From NCBI GenBank assembly GCA_964430475.1, contig CAYSEQ010000001.1, forward strand, positions 13,659 to 77,658: 64,000 bases of DNA, given 5' to 3'. The translations under genes were made by a program, and so were the position numbers. The first letter of the stretch is position 1. The number at the start of each line of letters is the position of its first letter. Below the pieces are notes generated by a model. The model was not told where the DNA came from. It made no database searches and saw nothing but the letters and a program-made list of their open reading frames with translations. This DNA comes from an uncultured Gammaproteobacteria bacterium. Lineage in GTDB: Bacteria; Patescibacteriota; Microgenomatia; UBA8517. This document shows positions 1-9,078 of this stretch, in pieces.

Positions 1-873
1 TCCCGATTGATCAATCCTTATGTCAAATTTGCCATAGTCGTACATTTTGGTTACATCGAAAGCCTTTTTAACATATTCTTTTAGTATTGGATCTTCATAT
101 TTTCCGTAGTGGAAACTGGTATACCCTTCACTGATCCATTGGTCCTCAAAAGTGGCGAATAAATATTTTTTATCTTTTTTTTGAAAAATTTTCTCTGCTA
201 GATAGACTTTTTTGTTTAATCCTTCAAGAAGTATTGCCGTAATTTCTCTTCCAACAATAAATTCTTCAACTATTACAGGTTGTTTATAGGTTTTTATTAA
301 GAATTTTAACCTTTCCCGAAGGTGTTTTTCATTTTCTGAGACAGCATTCTCAGTTATCTCAACAGCTCCGTGTACTTCATTTAATTTGGAAATCAGAGGA
401 AATCTAAGGGTAGGGTCAAGATAGTCACTTGGTGTATTAAATAGTTGGTAATTTGGTACTGGTATCCCGTTTTGTTGAAGAAGTTTTTTGACAATGAATT
501 TATTGCCGTCTATTGACATTCCCAAAACATCCGCGCCTGTGTAAGGAATTTCCAAAAGTTCCAAAACGCCTGGGACAACTGATGATAAACTCTCGCTTCC
601 TTTAACCGAATCAACGAGATTAAGAACCATATCAGGTTTACCTTTTTTAAGTTTCTCAGTCAAAGAGGAATTTCCAGGATAAAGGACGGTTTTGATATTC
701 ATTTTCCTAAGATAATTTGAAATGGTTTCGGCATCCCTTTTGGCGTCTTTTTCAGTTATGTATTGAGCCTCCGTGGGGAAGTATTCGCGTTTAACATCGC
801 TATAGATTATTCCTACCTTTTCAGGCAAGCCGTTTAGAACTTTTGAATTCTTATCTTTGACTTTTAGTTGCAT
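1..873 (-). CDS. ATP-grasp enzyme, D-alanine--D-alanine ligase family (N-terminal part; 3' end lies outside the window)
   Basis: Manual translation of the minus strand from the ATG at 873 gives MQLKVKDKNSKVLNGLPEKVGIIYSDVKREYF...SVVPGVLELLEIPYTGADVLGMSIDGNKFIVKKLLQQNGIPVPNY...EEFIVGREITAILLEG. The EDG..QG.LE...IPY.G and EEFI.GRE motifs are typical of Ddl. It is absent from the ORF track because there is no stop in the window. Confidence 0.55.
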   Translation of the reverse strand, partial: MQLKVKDKNSKVLNGLPEKVGIIYSDVKREYFPTEAQYITEKDAKRDAETISNYLRKMNIKTVLYPGNSSLTEKLKKGKPDMVLNLVDSVKGSESLSSVVPGVLELLEIPYTGADVLGMSIDGNKFIVKKLLQQNGIPVPNYQLFNTPSDYLDPTLRFPLISKLNEVHGAVEITENAVSENEKHLRERLKFLIKTYKQPVIVEEFIVGREITAILLEGLNKKVYLAEKIFQKKDKKYLFATFEDQWISEGYTSFHYGKYEDPILKEYVKKAFDVTKMYDYGKFDIRIDQSG

Positions 874-981
874 ATTTTTTAAATTCAAAAGTAAGAAATT
901 TTTATTGAAAAGTCAATTAGAGAAGTGATTTGTAAGTAAAATTTTGTTAAAATAAGCGGGAATTCAAAAAATCGTTGTCTT

Positions 982-1055
982 GCCCCTGTAGCTCAATTGG
1001 ACAGAGCAGGTCGGTTCTAACGACACGGTTGGGGGTTCGACTCCCTCCAGGGGCA
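982..1055 (+). tRNA. tRNA-Arg (anticodon TCT)
   Basis: Cloverleaf folded by hand. Acceptor is GCCCCTG/CAGGGGC, D-stem GCTC/GAGC, anticodon loop GTTCTAA, T-arm GGGGG-TTCGACT-CCCTC, discriminator A. Confidence 0.8.
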
Positions 1056-1282
1056 CAAAGCTGTTGTAGATGTTGGCGGTAGTATGTGTATGGAGGCTTA
1101 GGAAAGTTTCTGATTAAAAATTATGGATTCAATGGCGAAGAACTTGTAGAAGTTTGGAATTTATCGGATGGTTGCGGAGGGAGTGGAGAACATATTCATT
1201 AAAGGATTTTAAATCTCACAAGTCACAAAAGTTGAAACTTGGTTAATATTCACGCGCAATATTAAAAAATACAAAAAAGATA

Positions 1283-1733
1283 TTGGAGAAAATACATAGA
1301 GAAACAATTAATCGTACTATGAAAATTTATTTTTCAGGTTCAATTAGGGGTGGGCGTGATGACCAAAAACTTTATGTTAAGATTATTGGTTTGCTTAGTA
1401 AGTACGGTGAGGTTTTGACAAAACACATTGGAGATAAAAATTTGTCTGCCTTGGGGGAGAGTTATTTGACAGATGAAGTATTTACGAACGCGATATAGGT
1501 TGGCTTAACGAAGCTGATGTTGTGATTGCTGAGGTAACAATGCCGAGCTTGGGTGTTGGTTATGAGATTGGAAAAATCGAAGGAAAAAAGCCGATACTTT
1601 GCCTTTATCGAAAGCAAAGAAGTAAAAGATTATCCGCTGTGTGATTGCTGGAAATAAAAATTTGAAATTAAAGGTGTACAAGAATATGTATGAGCTTAAA
1701 AGAATTATTAAAAACTTTTTTACGAATTTATAA
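1283..1733 (+). pseudogene. 2'-deoxynucleoside 5'-phosphate N-hydrolase (DNPH1/Rcl)-like gene split into three reading frames
   Basis: Segment 1 reads MKIYFSGSIRGGRDD...GEVLTKHIGD. Segment 2 (another frame) reads [54 protein letters not shown]. Segment 3 (third frame) reads [31 protein letters not shown]. The three together match the DNPH1 fold end to end. The shifts sit next to a G5 run (~1452-1456) and a gtgtg dinucleotide repeat (~1636-1644). Confidence 0.55.
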
Positions 1734-1740
1734 AAAACTT

Positions 1741-2905
1741 TGACCTTATTATTATCGGCGGTGGGGCAGGAGCGTTCGCGGCAGCAATCCGAGCCAATGT
1801 GCTTGATGCAAAAACCACTCTTGTCAATAAGGGACTACCTCTTGGTGGCACATGCGTCAATGTTGGGGTGTGTTCCGTCAAAAACGCTTTTCTATGCCGG
1901 CGAGGTATTACAACGGGCGTTATACCACGGGGTTCCTGGTATTGAACATGAGGTGAAAAAATTTGATTTTCAAAAAGTTGTGCAAGATGAATTCTTACTT
2001 GTAGAAAAATTACGGAAAGAGAAGTATGAGAAAGTACTAACAGATTTAGAAAATGTAACCTTTATTGAAGGGGATGGGCAAAATTAGTGTCTCAAAATGA
2101 AGTTGAGATTAATTCGGAATAAAACAGTCAAGTGTATAGGATTCAAGGCGAGAAATTTATTATTACCACAAGTTCTAACGCTAATATCCTACCGATTGAG
2201 AATATCCGTGATGTTGGTTACCTGACTCACATAGAAGCCCTGAAACTTGAAAGACGGCCAAAAAATTGATAGTTGTAGGTGCAGGACCCTTGGGCTTGGA
2301 ATTTGCTTGAGATGTTCTCGCACTTTGGTCAAAAGTAATAATTTTACAGCGCGGCGATTCAATTCTTTCCCGTTTAGAAAAAGAGCTTACCAACAGACTT
2401 ACTGAAATACTTATTAAGGAAGGTATCATTATCAAAGCTAATGTTGAAGTAAAAAGTGCCAGCAAGGATAGTGACAAAAAGGTTATTTCCTATTCAATAG
2501 GCGGAGTACAAGAGGAAGTTTACGCGGATGAGATACTTTTGGTGGCTGGCAAAACGCCAAATACTCAAGGCCTTGGTCTTACCAAGGATGAGCAAATGAA
2601 GCAAATGGGTGTGTGCCTGCCGTACGCTTTCTTTTGAGGGTGTGCCTAAAGCAATTATTATGCGAGCTACTTTTGGACTTATCAAAATGTCGGTTCATCC
2701 TCAAACAAAGCAAATTTTAGGTGTCCACATTCTTGCGCCAAATGCTGGTGAAATTATTACCGAGGCGATGATGTTAATGAAAAATAAAAACACGATTGAT
2801 GATGTTGTAAATTCCCTGCCGGTATTTCTGACGCTATCTGAGGCAATAAAGCTTGTTGCTCTCTCATTTATTAAAGACATTTCTAAATTAAGTTGTTGCA
2901 TATAA
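1741..2905 (+). pseudogene. merA: Mercuric reductase merA remnant with multiple frameshifts and in-frame stops, and no start codon
   Basis: [42 protein letters not shown] then a frameshift at a G4 tract, then [13 protein letters not shown]... Downstream fragments are in other frames: GYLTHIEALKLERRPKKLIVVGAGPLGLEFA*DVLALWSKVIILQRGD...LLVAGKTPNTQGLGL...HPQTKQILGVHILAPNAGEIITEAMMLMKNKNTIDDVVNSLP...KLSCCI*. It has the redox CxxxxC and the C-terminal vicinal CC that are hallmarks of MerA. At least five lesions are present. Confidence 0.7.
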
Positions 2906-2913
2906 ATAAAAAT

Positions 2914-3272
2914 ATGAAAAACGACGACAGGATATTTCTTTAAATCGGGATTACGAGTGCCTTTCTCGCATCGCTTTGCTGTCTAGGATCTCTTATTCTT
3001 ATTGAACTTGGATTAGGCAGCGCTTCAAGCTTTCTTTCTATCGGGTACAACAAACCATATTTTCTAATCGGTACACTTATTTTTTTGCAGCTACTTCTTG
3101 GCTTTATTTTAGAAAAAAAAGAATGCAGTTTGTGATTGCGAGGATGGCTCGGAAAAACTCGCAAGTAAAAAGATGGCGGGTACAGATTGCCATCGCTTTT
3201 TTTACAATGCTCACGCTTTATTTTTTTTCTGACATTTGTACTCGTATCATTTCTTGCGCCATTAGTTTATAG
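2914..3272 (+). pseudogene. merT: Mercuric ion transporter merT-like remnant (in-frame TAA at 2941-2943 plus downstream frameshifts)
   Basis: MKNDDRIFL*IGITSAFLASLCCLGSLILIELGLGSASSFLSIGYNKPYFLIGTLIFLQ aligns to the MerT TM1 Cys-pair motif (LASACCLGPLVLIALG). The C-terminal TM helix IAIAFFTMLTLYFF continues in another frame. Confidence 0.5.
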
Positions 3273-3288
3273 ATATCTTTACTAGCCT

Positions 3289-3697
3289 ATGAACAAAACT
3301 TTTATTTTTGTACTAGTCGCTCTAGTGTTCGTTGGTAGCATTGTCTTTCGTCTAGCAACTCATAACACCAACTCCACCAATACAAAGCAAATGATGAAGT
3401 TAGACAACTTGCGTCATGCAACACTTAAGATTGACGGTATGGATTGTGTCTCCTGTGCTTACAATATAGAAAATGCTCTTAAGGATACACCTGGTATCGT
3501 AAATGTTTCGGTTGGGTTTGTTGGGGAGAAAGTAGTAAGCGGAACTGGCGAGGGACGAGGTTATTTACGATTCTACAAAAACAACCTCGGATAAAATAAT
3601 CTCAAAAATTTTACCTTACAAGGGAACACTCCTAACCGAACAAAACACCAATAATAGTGTGGAGCTTACGCCACTTCCTAAAACATTTGGTTTTTAA
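3289..3697 (+). pseudogene. merP: merP-like periplasmic heavy-metal-binding (HMA) protein, frameshifted near 3540-3560
   Basis: Signal/TM segment then LKIDGMDCVSCAYNIENALKDTPGIVNVSVGFVGEKVV (GMxCxxC). The rest of the HMA fold, VIYDSTKTTSDKIISKILPYKGTLLTEQ, continues in the +1 frame to a stop at ~3697. Confidence 0.5.
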
Positions 3698-3743
3698 CTT
3701 TCTTGTAAAAGGCCTTGAAAATTTTTAATAAATAAAAAAAGGA

Positions 3744-4838
3744 TCATATAAATTTTACTTGCATTCCTTCTAGCACTTTTGTGTTTAGAGAAACCTCCTG
3801 ACCAGGAAATTTAGCTCCATCCCCCCAGATTTTCGCGCCTTTCGTGTTAGCAAATTTCGGACCTAGTTTTAGTGTTATGTCGTACAATGTTTGTCCTTTT
3901 TGCATGATTATTGGGTTGTCAAAATTTGGTTTTTCATTTCTTTCTACAAGATATGCTCTAACAAGTCCTATTTTTTCCCAAACTTTTTCTTTAAGTTCGG
4001 AAATTCCTATCCCCTTTTCCGCGCTAATCAGGATAACGGGTTCGCCATTAATAAAAGAGAGATTTTCGTTTGAATTTTTTAATAGAGGTTGTAAATCAAT
4101 TTTGTTGATAGCATAAATCGCAGGTAAATAAGCCCTATTTTCGGAAAAAGAATCTATTAGGCGTTCAGTACTTATCTTTTCATTTATAAAAATTTCAGCA
4201 TTTTTCAGACCCGATTCCTGGGCTATCTTTATTATTGTCTCTTTCTTAAGTTCTTGCTCAAAATTTGAATGGATTATTATTCCTCCCCTAGCTTTCTTTT
4301 TGATCAAAACTTTTGGTCGCACAATATTAAGGCGTATTCCATTATCTTCTAATGATTTTTTAATACTTTGAAAAGCGTGTATTCTTTGTACATCAGTTAG
4401 TAAAATTATTAAATCCGCTCCTCTTGCAACTGATAGGACCTCGCGTCCTCTCCCCCTTCCTTCTTCTGCTTTCTCAATAAGTCCAGGGACATCTAAAATC
4501 TGGATCTGAGCATCTTTATATTCCATTATTCCTGGGATTACAGAGACTGTAGTAAAGGCGTAGGGCGCGACTTTGGATTTGGCATTGGTCAGTTTGTTGA
4601 AAAGTGTGGATTTTCCTGAAGAGGGAGGACCGATTAAAACAACTGTTGCATCACCTTGTTTTTTTACCGCATATCCTCCTCCACCCCCTCCTTTTTTAAA
4701 CGATTGTTCAAGAAGTTTGTCTTTTAATCTTGAAAGTCTTGCCCGTAGCAAGCCTATATGATGTTCTGTACCTTTGTGATAGGGAGTTTCTCTTATTTCT
4801 TTTTGGATTGCTTCAATTTCGTCTTGAATATTAACCAT
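3744..4838 (-). CDS. OBG-type GTPase of the DRG family (TGS domain)
   Basis: 364 aa. N-terminal ETPYHKGTEHHIGLLRARL, Gly-rich KKGGGGGGY, P-loop GPPSSGKSTLFNKLT, and a C-terminal TGS-like segment. Confidence 0.8.
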   Translation of the reverse strand: MVNIQDEIEAIQKEIRETPYHKGTEHHIGLLRARLSRLKDKLLEQSFKKGGGGGGYAVKKQGDATVVLIGPPSSGKSTLFNKLTNAKSKVAPYAFTTVSVIPGIMEYKDAQIQILDVPGLIEKAEEGRGRGREVLSVARGADLIILLTDVQRIHAFQSIKKSLEDNGIRLNIVRPKVLIKKKARGGIIIHSNFEQELKKETIIKIAQESGLKNAEIFINEKISTERLIDSFSENRAYLPAIYAINKIDLQPLLKNSNENLSFINGEPVILISAEKGIGISELKEKVWEKIGLVRAYLVERNEKPNFDNPIIMQKGQTLYDITLKLGPKFANTKGAKIWGDGAKFPGQEVSLNTKVLEGMQVKFI

Positions 4839-4932
4839 ACAATGAGATTATAATCTATAGGCTCTAAGTGGTAAAATTTTTGAGTGTGATTAATGTTAAC
4901 TAGCAATGAAGGTCTAAAAGATCTAGCTTCTA

Positions 4933-5736
4933 TCAAACTCTTCTTAGATAAAGATTAATTACTTTTCTGAAAGAAGCATTTAATTCACTTAGACTTCCAC
5001 CTCTTGATAAAATGTCTAGGATGCTTTGAGTTATTTGACTGGCATTTTCATTAAACACTAAGCCTTGAACGATTCTCAAAGGAGGGGGGAATAAATTAAA
5101 TTCAATAAAAAAGGGAGGTTTTCCTGAAAGTTTTGATCTTAAAAGATTATCCCATTTGCCGTTGGTATCTGGTATTTGAATATCTGGACCTAATGGGTAG
5201 GCTATGAAGAACTTATCCCCTTTAAATGTAATCAGAGGGTTAAGATCGGTTCCTTAAGAAGAAGTGTTTACGGCAAGCATTATTGGAGATTTATGTGTTG
5301 GTGAAGCAATGCTTAGAAAAAAACGCTTTGATAAATCGAGGGGACCTCCTTCTTTAAATAAATCTATAGGTGGTAAAAATCCAGGTGAAATTTGTGATAA
5401 TACTTTCTTTGAATTTTCGAAATCTTTTTCAACTCCTTTAAAAATTTGTGCTCCCAATAAAACATGATAGTGTGTTATTTTATCGTCCTCTTTCCACATC
5501 ATAATATTACAAGTTCCGAGTTCTTCAGATTTATAATCAAAATGTGGGGTTTCCTTTCCAGTGATAATAACTTGCTGAGGTTGGTAAGAAGATGGTCTGA
5601 ATTCAACAACATCACGTTCATTAATTTCAAGATCACCTGAGATTATCGGTAACTGGAAGTAAGGTGTTGCAGCGTCTAGTGAAATTTGCGTTCGGAAAAA
5701 CGGTACGAAATTATAACAATCTTTCTCCTTTGACAT
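4933..5736 (-). pseudogene. Hypothetical protein interrupted by an in-frame TAA (plus coordinates 5254-5256)
   Basis: The 160-aa ORF ends ...MLAVNTSS*. The same frame stays open for 106 further codons (GTDLNPLITFKGDKFFIAYPLGPDIQIPDTNGKWDNLLRSK...NLYLRRV) to a TGA at 4933-4935. No family recognised. Confidence 0.4.
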
Positions 5737-5881
5737 AGGTGCATATTATTAACGAGGCTTACTCTACTTGTCAAGTTTTTGTACGGGTCACATACCTTAG
5801 CCTGATTTTGTCCGAACTGATGCTATTTCTCATCTTAAATGGGAAATATTTGGTTTTCTACTAAACTTGCTTTCCTTGCTG

Positions 5882-5954
5882 TGCACCCAGCAGGATTTGA
5901 ACCTGCAACCTCCTGTTCCGAAGACAGGCGCTCTGTCCATTAAGCTATGGGTGC
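5882..5954 (-). tRNA. tRNA-Arg (anticodon TCG)
   Basis: Reverse complement is GCACCCATAGCTTAATGGACAGAGCGCCTGTCTTCGGAACAGGAGGTTGCAGGTTCAAATCCTGCTGGGTGCA. It folds as a canonical cloverleaf with anticodon loop CTTCGGA. Confidence 0.8.
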
Positions 5955-6099
5955 TTGGTTTAATTATTTTTTTACCCTGTGTTTATTTTACACTTGTCGG
6001 TGAAATTTTTAAAGCTTCTCTAAGAAGAAGTGTTGAAAGTTTTGATTTTTTCTTAAAAAGGTTATATAGTTTATTTATTATCGGCTTTTTTGTTGGGGT

Positions 6100-6861
6100 G
6101 TGAAAGAGAAAGAGATAGGCCAAGATTTTTTGAAAGAGCTTCTCTTAAAGGAGCAGGATCTTTTCGGGCTGGGTAATTGGAAGATCCCATGTTCGTGGGC
6201 AAGTCCGGATGATATACAAAGGTTAAAAAATGAAGAAGCCACAGCTGCGATTTTTGTAGAACCACCTAACCTTGCTACAATCCTCCTTGATCCAACGATT
6301 CCTGAACAAAGACTTCTTAGGACAATTGATCACGAACTTGCCCACCTTTTTCTTAATACTGGTTACTCAAGTCCAACAGGCAAGGCTTTAGAACATACTC
6401 AAGCTTGTCATATTGATTTTGCTATAGATGAGTTAAGGAGAAACCCCGATAAGTACAGAGTTAAAAGTGATGATTTAGCCTGTATCTGTGAAAAATCTGG
6501 AAAATTGACAAGACTTTGGGGTGATGAGGAGGGTGTTGCAAACAATTGGAGAATTATCACTGAGGAGAAAGAAGATATTTTAGTAGACGGTATACGTTCC
6601 CCTGTGTTTATCATGAATCAGTATTGCGAATCTAGACGGCATCTTGGTGGATTGTGTGCAAGACAAGCAATACTTTATGTAGATAAGAATTATTTAGAAG
6701 CATTAGGAGGAGATTTACCCTACTTCGTCCTAAAGGAAATGTGGTGGATAGTTTTGTCACCTTATCAAGGTAAAAGGTTTGCTGCCCATGAAGTTAAAAT
6801 AAACAAGATTATGGAGATTATGCAGAGTTTAGGTTGGAAAAAAGGGCAACTTTATGATTGA
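6100..6861 (+). CDS. HExxH-motif protein, putative zinc metallopeptidase (ImmA/IrrE-like)
   Basis: 253 aa with TIDHELAHLFLNTG. Its stop overlaps the start of the next gene by 8 nt. Confidence 0.4.
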   Translation: MKEKEIGQDFLKELLLKEQDLFGLGNWKIPCSWASPDDIQRLKNEEATAAIFVEPPNLATILLDPTIPEQRLLRTIDHELAHLFLNTGYSSPTGKALEHTQACHIDFAIDELRRNPDKYRVKSDDLACICEKSGKLTRLWGDEEGVANNWRIITEEKEDILVDGIRSPVFIMNQYCESRRHLGGLCARQAILYVDKNYLEALGGDLPYFVLKEMWWIVLSPYQGKRFAAHEVKINKIMEIMQSLGWKKGQLYD

Positions 6862-7639
6862 AAGAGAAACTGCAACACCCTTTGTGGATTCTTTAAGACA
6901 TAGAGGAGAAAGAGAAGCGGTAGGAGGTTTGGCTGAAAGAATTATAATAAAAAAATTATTAAATGATGAAGCAAGGGGGAAGGCATGTGGATGTCCTAAA
7001 TGTTTGAGAATGGCGGATTGGAGTCATGAGATGCTTGAAGGACTGTTAGGTAGGGAAGTACAGAAAGAAAATTTGAAAAGTCAGTTAAGAGATTGGAACC
7101 CCGAAGATTTCGAATATCGTCCAATAGAAAAATTAAGGTCGTACAAGCAAAAGGAAGCTTGTGGGCCTTCCGCACTCAAGATTGTTTATGAAGGCTTTGA
7201 TATCTATTTAAAAGAAGAAGAAATAATTGAGTCAATGGGTTCAATTTTATCTTATTTACCAGAAGAGGATACGGGTAACTGGTGGGAATTTGTTCAGGCT
7301 CACCCTAAGATGGAATCCTTTAAGGTCATTTTTAAAGAAGAGTCAGATTTATCGGATATATCTACCTGTCTTAGTCTGGGACTTCCGGTTATTGTAACAT
7401 GGAAATCTATTGCCGACCCTGAGGATAACTCTCATTTTGGCGTTATTTATGGACTTGATAGGTTTCATATCAACTTGATCGACCCAACTATTGGGGCGTT
7501 TATTACTGTTAAGAAAGAGGATTTTCTTGATCGTTGGCAGAAAGATGATGAGGGTTATATCCGGCCTATGATGGTAATTTATCCGATTGCTCCAAGTTCA
7601 AGCACTCCTGGAAATACCCCCTCCCTTTCAAAAGTTTAG
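6854..7639 (+). CDS. C39-like papain-fold cysteine peptidase domain protein
   Basis: 261 aa. Cys motif QKEACGPSALKIV, His motif NSHFGVIYGLD, Asp motif INLIDPTIG, in the order of the C39 catalytic triad. N-terminal CGCPKC. Confidence 0.45.
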   Translation: MIERETATPFVDSLRHRGEREAVGGLAERIIIKKLLNDEARGKACGCPKCLRMADWSHEMLEGLLGREVQKENLKSQLRDWNPEDFEYRPIEKLRSYKQKEACGPSALKIVYEGFDIYLKEEEIIESMGSILSYLPEEDTGNWWEFVQAHPKMESFKVIFKEESDLSDISTCLSLGLPVIVTWKSIADPEDNSHFGVIYGLDRFHINLIDPTIGAFITVKKEDFLDRWQKDDEGYIRPMMVIYPIAPSSSTPGNTPSLSKV

Positions 7640-7673
7640 GGGATCAAAATTTGTGATTTTGGTTAGAATGGAG

Positions 7674-8072
7674 TTATGCCAGTTTGTAGTTTTTTAAAAT
7701 TTGCCACAATCCCCATTGGATTGTATTCATTACTAAACCCAGAATTATTGCCCAAAAAAATCTTGAAATGCCGAATCCCGAAAATTCAGCTACCCTTGCG
7801 AGAATCCATATCGTAATCGAATTTGAAGCCCAATAGAATATGAAATTTTGCGCTTCACCTTCAAGTTTTAATCCAATTTGGGTGATTACGGGTTTGGAAA
7901 ACCAAACGATAAAAGTAAGCCAAGCTCCTACCCAGAGAAAAGCCAAGTTTTCCGGTATAGTCGCGCTACCCAATTCGAAATTCCTCGGAAGAATTAAACT
8001 TGAAAGGTAAAATATCGTGGAATTTGCCAGCCAAAATATTATGTATGGAATGTATCTTTTAACCTCTTGCAT
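7674..8072 (-). CDS. Hypothetical integral membrane protein
   Basis: 132 aa with 4 predicted TM helices. Confidence 0.35.
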   Translation of the reverse strand: MQEVKRYIPYIIFWLANSTIFYLSSLILPRNFELGSATIPENLAFLWVGAWLTFIVWFSKPVITQIGLKLEGEAQNFIFYWASNSITIWILARVAEFSGFGISRFFWAIILGLVMNTIQWGLWQILKNYKLA

Positions 8073-8180
8073 TCTTTTTGAGTGTCTTTATTTTTAAGCT
8101 TATGATTAAATTAGATTTTTGTCAATATTATGAGATGATGATGATTAAGAAATTCCAAATTCCAAACAAATTCAAGATAC

Positions 8181-8240
8181 AAAATTCTAAATTCTTAATT
8201 CTTAATTCTAGATTCTATATTTTTGATTCTTGGTTCTAAA
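8181..8240. repeat. Partial inverted copy of the AT-rich intergenic repeat family (aattcttaattcttaattctagattc)
   Basis: Reverse-complement similarity to the gaatctagaatcaagaa...aagaatcaagaattt arm of the repeats at 13285 and 35610. Confidence 0.4.
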
Positions 8241-8416
8241 ATTTTTAACTTTTAACTTTGAACTTTTAAATTTTTTTATAGGATCGAAAGCTATATTTGC
8301 GCCTATAATATTTGTGAAAATGTGGGCATTTATGTTTAAAAGGTATTAAACTTATAAAACTAAAATATTGTTAGTGAGGAATTGACGAGTTTGTAGTAAA
8401 ATACATCATAATAAAC

Positions 8417-8506
8417 GCCGAGGTGGCGGAATAGGTAGACGCCCGGGCCTTAAGAGCCCGTGTTGCAACTAGCAACGTGTGGGTTCGAGTCCCACCCTCG
8501 GCACCA
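8417..8506 (+). tRNA. tRNA-Leu (anticodon TAA), type II with long variable arm, CCA encoded
   Basis: GCCGAGG...CGGGC-CTTAAGA-GCCCG...variable arm TGTTGCAACTAGCAACG...GTGGG-TTCGAGT-CCCAC-CCTCGGC-A-CCA. Confidence 0.8.
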
Positions 8507-8710
8507 AAACCCGCAAAAATTTTTCTTTCATTTTCTTTTAGGAAGCGCGCGCAAAATCCGCCGAAGGCGGACAAAAAGGTAAGAAAATTTTTGTGGGTTT
8601 TGTTCTGCGCTAAACGCGCAGGCGGAGCCGCTCCCTCCCTCACCGCGCCTTCGGCGCGGAAACAGACGGGCAAAAAGGAAGGGGGTCTGGGGGAAGGAAT
8701 TTTTGCCCGC

Positions 8711-8753
8711 CTGCTTGGATTTAACTCTGAAAAATTGGAGCGGAGGCGGAACA
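8711..8753. repeat. Left 43-bp inverted repeat bounding the arsenic cassette
   Basis: ctgcttggatttaactctgaaaaattggagcggaggcggaaca. Its reverse complement at 12054-12096 is identical except for 2 mismatches. Confidence 0.7.
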
Positions 8754-8825
8754 CATTAAAAAGTCGTCCTTGCCCCACCACATCCGTGCGCAGGCGACAA
8801 CAAGGAACTCCCCAAAATCTTACGA

Positions 8826-9074
8826 TTAACCGCAACACCCTCCGCCCGGATTGCAACCGCCAGCACGGCTTCGTAAATTCTTGACATAGTTGTCGAAATC
8901 AAAACTCTCCTTTTTTGTCGAACTCGTTTGCCTAAACTCGTCGCATTCAGAACCGCATTCGGAACATTTTGCCACGCGCTTCCAGCACGGGCCGTAAATG
9001 GAACTTGTATATTCCCGTTTTAGTCCCTCAGCTTCAAAAACCTTTTGACACTTTTGGCAATAGAATTTGTCCAT
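8826..9074 (-). CDS. FmdB-like CxxC...CxxC zinc-ribbon protein with a Gly/Cys tail (…GGCNPGGGCCG)
   Basis: Likely start is the ATG at 9074 (MDKFYCQKCQKVFEAEG...CSECGSEC...), 4 nt after the stop of the upstream gene. The longer ORF-track start at 9161 would overlap the upstream gene. Confidence 0.45.
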   Translation of the reverse strand: MDKFYCQKCQKVFEAEGLKREYTSSIYGPCWKRVAKCSECGSECDEFRQTSSTKKESFDFDNYVKNLRSRAGGCNPGGGCCG

Positions 9075-9078
9075 ATTT

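Noticed and set aside
5867-6103. 78-aa plus-strand ORF
   Set aside because: Overlaps tRNA-Arg(TCG) on the opposite strand and has no coding features.
8371-8884. Overlapping ORFs 8371..8856 (-) and 8477..8884 (+) in the GC-rich stretch
   Set aside because: They span the hairpin-rich non-coding region and the left inverted repeat. The peptide LLGFNSEKLER shared between 8477..8884 and 12007..12300 is just the repeat read in frame.
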